Shown: positions 51,008 through 64,000 of the stretch, piece by piece
Numbering within the stretch: position 1 is the stretch's first letter
Layout: every line of letters begins with the position of its first letter
NCBI GenBank assembly: GCA_032718475.1
Contig: JAUCBJ010008254.1
Coordinates: forward strand, 33,070 to 97,069
Reading direction: 5' to 3'
DNA from: Nemertoderma westbladi
Taxonomy: Eukaryota > Animalia > Xenacoelomorpha
DNA length: 64,000 nucleotides
Made by a program: the position numbers and the translations under genes
The notes under the pieces: generated by a model
The model's database searches: none
Told to the model about the DNA's origin: nothing
What the model saw: the letters and a program-made list of their open reading frames with translations, nothing else

Positions 51008-51152
51008 CAAAAGAAAGTTAAAGAAGGTAACTAAGTTTGAAGTCACTAGTAATGGACATAAGATTGAAAATAAAAAGGAAGTTAAATATTTAGGCGCCAC
51101 ATTGGATAACTGCTTATCAGGAGAAAGTACAGTGAAAAATATTTTCTCGAAA
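51008..51152 (+). repeat. ~145-bp local duplication of 50669-50814 at the truncated end of the LINE
   Basis: AAAAGAAAGTTAAAGAAGGTAACTAAG...TATTTTCTCGAAAG occurs twice. Confidence 0.88.
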
Positions 51153-51480
51153 GAAACGGATGCAGCTGGGTAAGAACATCCAGAAAGGATGGGAGAGGGT
51201 GTGTAAGACCTGCGGCGATAGGATCAAGTGTGTGCCGGGACACACACAGATCAAAGGGAAGTGGTTCTGCCCCAGGAATGTTGATGGGGAGCAGTGGCGC
51301 CTCCGACTGCTTGCCCCCCCCCCCCCCCCTCCACCCCCCGGTCCAGTGGTTGGCAAGCGTATTTGCAAGACCTGCCACAATTATATGCTTGCCGACACTG
51401 GCCATAGCCAATTCAGGGGTAGATGGTTTTGCCCCAACAACAGTGAGGGCGAATCCCTGGAGGAGCGGAAGGCCCGCATA
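51153..51480 (+). pseudogene. Fragment encoding two C2HC-type zinc fingers (CKTC-x-GHxQxxGxWFCP); probably a transposon protein C-terminus
   Basis: CKTCGDRIKCVPGHTQIKGKWFCP and CKTCHNYMLADTGHSQFRGRWFCP, separated by a poly-Pro linker. Confidence 0.55.
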
Positions 51481-54400
51481 CATTAACGTACAATAATACA
51501 CATAACATACATTACACGTAACATACATTAACGTACAATAATACACATAACATACATTACACGTAACATACATTAACGTACAATAATACACATAACATAC
51601 ATTACACGTAACATACATTAACGTGCAATAATACACATAACATACATTACACGTAACATACATTAACGTACAATAATACACATAACATACATTACACGTA
51701 ACATACATTAACGTACAATAATACACATAACATACATTACACGTAACATACATTAACGTACAATAATACACATAACATACATTACACGTAACATACATTA
51801 ACGTACAATAATACACATAACATACATTACACGTAACATACATTAACGTACAATAATACACATAACATACATTACACGTAACATACATTAACGTGCAATA
51901 ATACACATAACATACATTACACGTAACATACATTAACGTACAATAATACACATAACATACATTACACGTAACATACATTAACGTACAATAATACACATAA
52001 CATACATTACACGTAACATACATTAACGTACAATAATACACATAACATACATTACACGTAACATACATTAACGTACAATAATACACATAACATACATTAC
52101 ACGTAACATACATTAACGTACAATAATACACATAACATACATTACACGTAACATACATTAACGTACAATAATACACATAACATACATTACACGTAACATA
52201 CATTAACGTACAATAATACACATAACATACATTACACGTAACATACATTAACGTGCAATAATACACATAACATACATTACACGTAACATACATTAACGTA
52301 CAATAATACACATAACATACATTACACGTAACATACATTAACGTACAATAATACACATAACATACATTACACGTAACATACATTAACGTACAATAATACA
52401 CATAACATACATTACACGTAACATACATTAACGTACAATAATACACATAACATACATTACACGTAACATACATTAACGTACAATAATACACATAACATAC
52501 ATTACACGTAACATACATTAACGTACAATAATACACATAACATACATTACACGTAACATACATTAACGTACAATAATACACATAACATACATTACACGTA
52601 ACATACATTAACGTACAATAATACACATAACATACATTACACGTAACATACATTAACGTACAATAATACACATAACATACATTACACGTAACATACATTA
52701 ACGTCAATAATACACGTAACATACATTAACGTACAATAATACACATAACATACATTACACGTAACATACATTAACGTACAATAATACACATAACATACAT
52801 TACACGTAACATACATTAACGTACAATAATACACATAACATACATTACACGTAACATACATTAACGTACAATAATACACATAACATACATTACACGTAAC
52901 ATACATTAACGTACAATAATACACATAACATACATTACACGTAACATACATTAACGTACAATAATACACATAACATACATTACACGTAACATACATTAAC
53001 GTACAATAATACACATAACATACATTACACGTAACATACATTAACGTACAATAATACACATAACATACATTACACGTAACATACATTAACGTACAATAAT
53101 ACACATAACATACATTACACGTAACATACATTAACGTGCAATAATACACGTAACATACATTAACGTACAATAATACACATAACATACATTACACGTAACA
53201 TACATTAACGTACAATAATACACATAACATACATTACACGTAACATACATTAACGTGCAATAATACACATAACATACATTAACGTACAATAATACACATA
53301 ACATACATTACACGTAACATACATTAACGTACAATAATACACATAACATACATTACACGTAACATACATTAACGTACAATAATACACATAACATACATTA
53401 CACGTAACATACATTAACGTACAATAATACACATAACATACATTACACGTAACATACATTAACGTACAATAATACACATAACATACATTACACGTAACAT
53501 ACATTAACGTGCAATAATACACATAACATACATTAACGTACAATAATACACATAACATACATTACACGTAACATACATTAACGTACAATAATACACATAA
53601 CATACATTACACGTAACATACATTAACGTACAATAATACACATAACATACATTACACGTAACATACATTAACGTGCAATAATACACGTAACATACATTAA
53701 CGTACAATAATACACATAACATACATTACACGTAACATACATTAACGTACAATAATACACATAACATACATTACACGTAACATACATTAACGTGCAATAA
53801 TACACGTAACATACATTAACGTACAATAATACACATAACATACATTACACGTAACATACATTAACGTACAATAATACACATAACATACATTACACGTAAC
53901 ATACATTAACGTACAATAATACACATAACATACATTACACGTAACATACATTAACGTACAATAATACACGTAACATACATTAACGTACAATAATACACAT
54001 AACATACATTACACGTAACATACATTAACGTACAATAATACACATAACATACATTACACGTAACATACATTAACGTGCAATAATACACGTAACATACATT
54101 AACGTACAATAATACACATAACATACATTACACGTAACATACATTAACGTACAATAATACACATAACATACATTACACGTAACATACATTAACGTACAAT
54201 AATACACATAACATACATTACACGTAACATACATTAACGTGCAATAATACACGTAACATACATTAACGTACAATAATACACATAACATACATTACACGTA
54301 ACATACATTAACGTACAATAATACACATAACATACATTACACGTAACATACATTAACGTGCAATAATACACATAACATACATTAACGTACAATAATACAC

Positions 54401-57400
54401 ATAACATACATTACACGTAACATACATTAACGTACAATAATACACATAACATACATTACACGTAACATACATTAACGTGCAATAATACACGTAACATACA
54501 TTAACGTACAATAATACACATAACATACATTACACGTAACATACATTAACGTACAATAATACACATAACATACATTACACGTAACATACATTAACGTACA
54601 ATAATACACATAACATACATTACACGTAACATACATTAACGTGCAATAATACACATAACATACATTACACGTAACATACATTAACGTGCAATAATACACA
54701 TAACATACATTACACGTAACATACATTAACGTACAATAATACACATAACATACATTACACGTAACATACATTAACGTGCAATAATACACATAACATACAT
54801 TACACGTAACATACATTAACGTACAATAATACACATAACATACATTACACGTAACATACATTAACGTGCAATAATACACATAACATACATTACACGTAAC
54901 ATACATTAACGTACAATAATACACATAACATACATTACACGTAACATACATTAACGTGCAATAATACACATAACATACATTACACGTAACATACATTAAC
55001 GTGCAATAATACACATAACATACATTACACGTAACATACATTAACGTACAATAATACACATAACATACATTACACGTAACATACATTAACGTGCAATAAT
55101 ACACATAACATACATTACACGTAACATACATTAACGTACAATAATACACATAACATACATTACACGTAACATACATTAACGTGCAATAATACACATAACA
55201 TACATACACAATACACGTAACATACATTAACGTACAATAATACACATAACATACATTACACGTAACATACATTAACGTACAATAATACACATAACATACA
55301 TTACACGTAACATACATTAACGTACAATAATACACATAACATACATTACACGTAACATACATTAACGTGCAATAATACACATAACATACATTACACGTAA
55401 CATACATTAACGTACAATAATACACATAACATACATTACACGTAACATACATTAACGTGCAATAATACACATAACATACATTACACGTAACATACATTAA
55501 CGTACAATAATACACATAACATACATTACACGTAACATACATTAACGTGCAATAATACACATAACATACATTACACGTAACATACATTAACGTACAATAA
55601 TACACATAACATACATTACACGTAACATACATTAACGTGCAATAATACACATAACATACATTACACGTAACATACATTAACGTACAATAATACACATAAC
55701 ATACATTACACGTAACATACATTAACGTGCAATAATACACATAACATACATTACACGTAACATACATTAACGTGCAATAATACACATAACATACATTACA
55801 CGTAACATACATTAACGTACAATAATACACATAACATACATTACACGTAACATACATTAACGTGCAATAATACACATAACATACATTACACGTAACATAC
55901 ATTAACGTACAATAATACACATAACATACATTACACGTAACATACATTAACGTACAATAATACACATAACATACATTACACGTAACATACATTAACGTAC
56001 AATAATACACATAACATACATTACACGTAACATACATTAACGTACAATAATACACATAACATACATTACACGTAACATACATTAACGTGCAATAATACAC
56101 ATAACATACATTACACGTAACATACATTAACGTACAATAATACACATAACATACATTACACGTAACATACATTAACGTACAATAATACACATAACATACA
56201 TTACACGTAACATACATTAACGTACAATAATACACATAACATACATTACACGTAACATACATTAACGTACAATAATACACATAACATACATTACACGTAA
56301 CATACATTAACGTACAATAATACACATAACATACATTACACGTAACATACATTAACGTACAATAATACACATAACATACATTACACGTAACATACATTAA
56401 CGTACAATAATACACATAACATACATTACACGTAACATACATTAACGTACAATAATACACATAACATACATTACACGTAACATACATTAACGTACAATAA
56501 TACACATAACATACATTACACGTAACATACATTAACGTACAATAATACACATAACATACATTACACGTAACATACATTAACGTACAATAATACACATAAC
56601 ATACATTACACGTAACATACATTAACGTACAATAATACACATAACATACATTACACGTAACATACATTAACGTACAATAATACACATAACATACATTACA
56701 CGTAACATACATTAACGTACAATAATACACATAACATACATTACACGTAACATACATTAACGTACAATAATACACATAACATACATTACACGTAACATAC
56801 ATTAACGTACAATAATACACATAACATACATTACACGTAACATACATTAACGTACAATAATACACATAACATACATTACACGTAACATACATTAACGTAC
56901 AATAATACACATAACATACATTACACGTAACATACATTAACGTACAATAATACACATAACATACATTACACGTAACATACATTAACGTACAATAATACAC
57001 ATAACATACATTACACGTAACATACATTAACGTACAATAATACACATAACATACATTACACGTAACATACATTAACGTACAATAATACACATAACATACA
57101 TTACACGTAACATACATTAACGTACAATAATACACATAACATACATTACACGTAACATACATTAACGTACAATAATACACATAACATACATTACACGTAA
57201 CATACATTAACGTACAATAATACACATAACATACATTACACGTAACATACATTAACGTACAATAATACACATAACATACATTACACGTAACATACATTAA
57301 CGTACAATAATACACATAACATACATTACACGTAACATACATTAACGTACAATAATACACATAACATACATTACACGTAACATACATTAACGTACAATAA

Positions 57401-60400
57401 TACACATAACATACATTACACGTAACATACATTAACGTACAATAATACACATAACATACATTACACGTAACATACATTAACGTACAATAATACACATAAC
57501 ATACATTACACGTAACATACATTAACGTACAATAATACACATAACATACATTACACGTAACATACATTAACGTACAATAATACACATAACATACATTACA
57601 CGTAACATACATTAACGTACAATAATACACATAACATACATTACACGTAACATACATTAACGTACAATAATACACATAACATACATTACACGTAACATAC
57701 ATTAACGTACAATAATACACATAACATACATTACACGTAACATACATTAACGTACAATAATACACATAACATACATTACACGTAACATACATTAACGTAC
57801 AATAATACACATAACATACATTACACGTAACATACATTAACGTACAATAATACACATAACATACATTACACGTAACATACATTAACGTACAATAATACAC
57901 ATAACATACATTACACGTAACATACATTAACGTACAATAATACACATAACATACATTACACGTAACATACATTAACGTACAATAATACACATAACATACA
58001 TTACACGTAACATACATTAACGTACAATAATACACATAACATACATTACACGTAACATACATTAACGTACAATAATACACATAACATACATTACACGTAA
58101 CATACATTAACGTACAATAATACACATAACATACATTACACGTACAATAATACACATAACATACATTACACGTAACATACATTAACGTACAATAATACAC
58201 ATAACATACATTACACGTAACATACATTAACGTACAATAATACACATAACATACATTACACGTAACATACATTAACGTACAATAATACACATAACATACA
58301 TTACACGTAACATACATTAACGTACAATAATACACATAACATACATTACACGTAACATACATTAACGTACAATAATACACATAACATACATTACACGTAA
58401 CATACATTAACGTACAATAATACACATAACATACATTACACGTAACATACATTAACGTACAATAATACACATAACATACATTACACGTAACATACATTAA
58501 CGTACAATAATACACATAACATACATTACACGTAACATACATTAACGTACAATAATACACATAACATACATTACACGTAACATACATTAACGTACAATAA
58601 TACACATAACATACATTACACGTAACATACATTAACGTACAATAATACACATAACATACATTACACGTAACATACATTAACGTACAATAATACACATAAC
58701 ATACATTACACGTAACATACATTAACGTACAATAATACACATAACATACATTACACGTACAATAATACACATAACATACATTACACGTAACATACATTAA
58801 CGTACAATAATACACATAACATACATTAACGTACAATAATACACATAACATACATTAACGTACAATAATACACATAACATACATTAACGTACAATAATAC
58901 ACATAACATACATTAACGTACAATAATACACATAACATACATTACACGTAACATACATTAACGTACAATAATACACATAACATACATTAACGTACAATAA
59001 TACACATAACATACATTACACGTAACATACATTAACGTACAATAATACACATAACATACATTACACGTAACATACATTAACGTACAATAATACACATAAC
59101 ATACATTACACGTAACATACATTAACGTACAATAATACACATAACATACATTACACGTAACATACATTAACGTACAATAATACACATAACATACATTACA
59201 CGTAACATACATTAACGTACAATAATACACATAACATACATTACACGTAACATACATTAACGTACAATAATACACATAACATACATTACACGTAACATAC
59301 ATTAACGTACAATAATACACATAACATACATTACACGTAACATACATTAACGTACAATAATACACATAACATACATTACACGTAACATACATTAACGTAC
59401 AATAATACACATAACATACATTACACGTAACATACATTAACGTACAATAATACACATAACATACATTACACGTAACATACATTAACGTACAATAATACAC
59501 ATAACATACATTACACGTAACATACATTAACGTACAATAATACACATAACATACATTACACGTAACATACATTAACGTACAATAATACACATAACATACA
59601 TTACACGTAACATACATTAACGTACAATAATACACATAACATACATTACACGTAACATACATTAACGTACAATAATACACATAACATACATTACACGTAA
59701 CATACATTAACGTACAATAATACACATAACATACATTACACGTAACATACATTAACGTACAATAATACACATAACATACATTACACGTAACATACATTAA
59801 CGTACAATAATACACATAACATACATTACACGTAACATACATTAACGTACAATAATACACATAACATACATTACACGTAACATACATTAACGTACAATAA
59901 TACACATAACATACATTACACGTAACATACATTAACGTACAATAATACACATAACATACATTACACGTAACATACATTAACGTACAATAATACACATAAC
60001 ATACATTACACGTAACATACATTAACGTACAATAATACACATAACATACATTACACGTAACATACATTAACGTACAATAATACACATAACATACATTACA
60101 CGTAACATACATTAACGTACAATAATACACATAACATACATTACACGTAACATACATTAACGTACAATAATACACATAACATACATTACACGTAACATAC
60201 ATTAACGTACAATAATACACATAACATACATTACACGTAACATACATTAACGTACAATAATACACATAACATACATTACACGTAACATACATTAACGTAC
60301 AATAATACACATAACATACATTACACGTAACATACATTAACGTACAATAATACACATAACATACATTACACGTAACATACATTAACGTACAATAATACAC

Positions 60401-63400
60401 ATAACATACATTACACGTAACATACATTAACGTGCAATAATACACATAACATACATTACACGTAACATACATTAACGTACAATAATACACATAACATACA
60501 TTACACGTAACATACATTAACGTACAATAATACACATAACATACATTACACGTAACATACATTAACGTACAATAATACACATAACATACATTACACGTAA
60601 CATACATTAACGTACAATAATACACATAACATACATTACACGTAACATACATTAACGTGCAATAATACACATAACATACATTACACGTAACATACATTAA
60701 CGTACAATAATACACATAACATACATTACACGTAACATACATTAACGTACAATAATACACATAACATACATTACACGTAACATACATTAACGTACAATAA
60801 TACACATAACATACATTACACGTAACATACATTAACGTACAATAATACACATAACATACATTACACGTAACATACATTAACGTACAATAATACACATAAC
60901 ATACATTACACGTAACATACATTAACGTACAATAATACACATAACATACATTACACGTAACATACATTAACGTACAATAATACACATAACATACATTACA
61001 CGTAACATACATTAACGTACAATAATACACATAACATACATTACACGTAACATACATTAACGTACAATAATACACATAACATACATTACACGTAACATAC
61101 ATTAACGTGCAATAATACACATAACATACATTACACGTAACATACATTAACGTACAATAATACACATAACATACATTACACGTAACATACATTAACGTGC
61201 AATAATACACATAACATACATTACACGTAACATACATTAACGTACAATAATACACATAACATACATTACACGTAACATACATTAACGTACAATAATACAC
61301 ATAACATACATTACACGTAACATACATTAACGTACAATAATACACATAACATACATTACACGTAACATACATTAACGTACAATAATACACATAACATACA
61401 TTACACGTAACATACATTAACGTGCAATAATACACATAACATACATTACACGTAACATACATTAACGTACAATAATACACATAACATACATTACACGTAA
61501 CATACATTAACGTGCAATAATACACATAACATACATTACACGTAACATACATTAACGTACAATAATACACATAACATACATTACACGTAACATACATTAA
61601 CGTACAATAATACACATAACATACATTACACGTAACATACATTAACGTGCAATAATACACATAACATACATTACACGTAACATACATTAACGTACAATAA
61701 TACACATAACATACATTACACGTAACATACATTAACGTACAATAATACACATAACATACATTACACGTAACATACATTAACGTACAATAATACACATAAC
61801 ATACATTACACGTAACATACATTAACGTACAATAATACACATAACATACATTACACGTAACATACATTAACGTACAATAATACACATAACATACATTACA
61901 CGTAACATACATTAACGTACAATAATACACATAACATACATTACACGTAACATACATTAACGTGCAATAATACACATAACATACATTACACGTAACATAC
62001 ATTAACGTACAATAATACACATAACATACATTACACGTAACATACATTAACGTACAATAATACACATAACATACATTACACGTAACATACATTAACGTAC
62101 AATAATACACATAACATACATTACACGTAACATACATTAACGTACAATAATACACATAACATACATTACACGTAACATACATTAACGTACAATAATACAC
62201 ATAACATACATTACACGTAACATACATTAACGTACAATAATACACATAACATACATTACACGTAACATACATTAACGTACAATAATACACATAACATACA
62301 TTACACGTAACATACATTAACGTACAATAATACACATAACATACATTACACGTAACATACATTAACGTACAATAATACACATAACATACATTACACGTAA
62401 CATACATTAACGTACAATAATACACATAACATACATTACACGTAACATACATTAACGTACAATAATACACATAACATACATTACACGTAACATACATTAA
62501 CGTACAATAATACACATAACATACATTACACGTAACATACATTAACGTACAATAATACACATAACATACATTACACGTAACATACATTAACGTACAATAA
62601 TACACATAACATACATTACACGTAACATACATTAACGTACAATAATACACATAACATACATTACACGTAACATACATTAACGTACAATAATACACATAAC
62701 ATACATTACACGTAACATACATTAACGTACAATAATACACATAACATACATTACACGTAACATACATTAACGTACAATAATACACATAACATACATTACA
62801 CGTAACATACATTAACGTACAATAATACACATAACATACATTACACGTAACATACATTAACGTACAATAATACACATAACATACATTACACGTAACATAC
62901 ATTAACGTACAATAATACACATAACATACATTACACGTAACATACATTAACGTACAATAATACACATAACATACATTACACGTAACATACATTAACGTAC
63001 AATAATACACATAACATACATTACACGTAACATACATTAACGTACAATAATACACATAACATACATTACACGTAACATACATTAACGTACAATAATACAC
63101 ATAACATACATTACACGTAACATACATTAACGTACAATAATACACATAACATACATTACACGTAACATACATTAACGTACAATAATACACATAACATACA
63201 TTACACGTAACATACATTAACGTACAATAATACACATAACATACATTACACGTAACATACATTAACGTACAATAATACACATAACATACATTACACGTAA
63301 CATACATTAACGTACAATAATACACATAACATACATTACACGTAACATACATTAACGTACAATAATACACATAACATACATTACACGTAACATACATTAA

Positions 63401-64000
63401 CGTACAATAATACACATAACATACATTACACGTAACATACATTAACGTACAATAATACACATAACATACATTACACGTAACATACATTAACGTACAATAA
63501 TACACATAACATACATTACACGTAACATACATTAACGTACAATAATACACATAACATACATTACACGTAACATACATTAACGTACAATAATACACATAAC
63601 ATACATTACACGTAACATACATTAACGTACAATAATACACATAACATACATTACACGTAACATACATTAACGTACAATAATACACATAACATACATTACA
63701 CGTAACATACATTAACGTCAATAATACACATAACATACATTACACGTAACATACATTAACGTACAATAATACACATAACATACATTACACGTACACATAC
63801 ATTAACGTACAATAACACACATTAACGTACAATAATACACGTAACATACATTAACGTACAATAATACACATAACATACATTACACGTAACATACATTAAC
63901 GTACAATAATACACATAACATACATTAACGTACAATAATACACATAACATACATTACACGTAACATACATTAACGTACAATAATACACATAACATACATT
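51477..64000. repeat. 45-bp satellite array (>12.5 kb, runs off the window)
   Basis: Unit ACATACATTAACGTACAATAATACACATAACATACATTACACGTA. Highly homogeneous, with an A>G variant and 29/30-bp deletion units. Confidence 0.99.

Larger units (their letters stand above)
46761..51152 (+). mobile_element. CR1/L2-like LINE reverse transcriptase remnant, split by nested insertions (pieces 46761-47040, 48791-49167, 50434-51152)
   Basis: LKLAKVVPLYKK, NYRPVSILSI|VSKILE, QSGFRK, LQKAFDTVDH, VPQGSI|LGPLLF, LYADD, KYLGATLD. Confidence 0.9.

Noticed and set aside
51082-63736. Very long minus-strand ORFs (LMYVTCNVCYVYYCT)n, up to 1592 aa
   Set aside because: Artefact of a 45-bp satellite unit (a multiple of 3) that lacks stops in one frame.
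51477-64000. CRISPR array or telomeric repeat
   Set aside because: There are no unique spacers. It is not a known telomere motif, and the GT-rich strand points toward the TE cluster rather than the window end.

Overview
Eukaryotic (probably invertebrate) heterochromatin-like window with no host gene. About 51 kb is nested retrotransposons; the rest (51.5-64 kb) is a very homogeneous 45-bp satellite. There are three Bel/Pao LTR retrotransposons. A is on the + strand (1-11632) and is inserted into an RTE LINE. B is on the - strand (21139-37555), has near-identical 2150-bp LTRs and TSD ACTAA, and is nested in C. C is on the - strand (~15421-46760), is degenerate, has a diverged second copy of its 3' region, and is inserted in a CR1/L2-type LINE. 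That LINE also hosts a solo LTR (itself containing a LINE 3' end) and an RTE (containing a second copy of the same RTE). Three observations stand out. (1) Element A carries an extra ORF with a WRN-like DEDDy 3'-5' exonuclease plus Zn knuckles. (2) Just upstream of that ORF is a symmetric array of two modular RNA motifs with covarying stems. (3) Element B has no tRNA-type PBS; the 10 nt next to its 5' LTR are the exact complement of a site inside its own LTR, suggesting Tf1-like self-priming. All alignments and folds were done by eye, so some boundaries are approximate.
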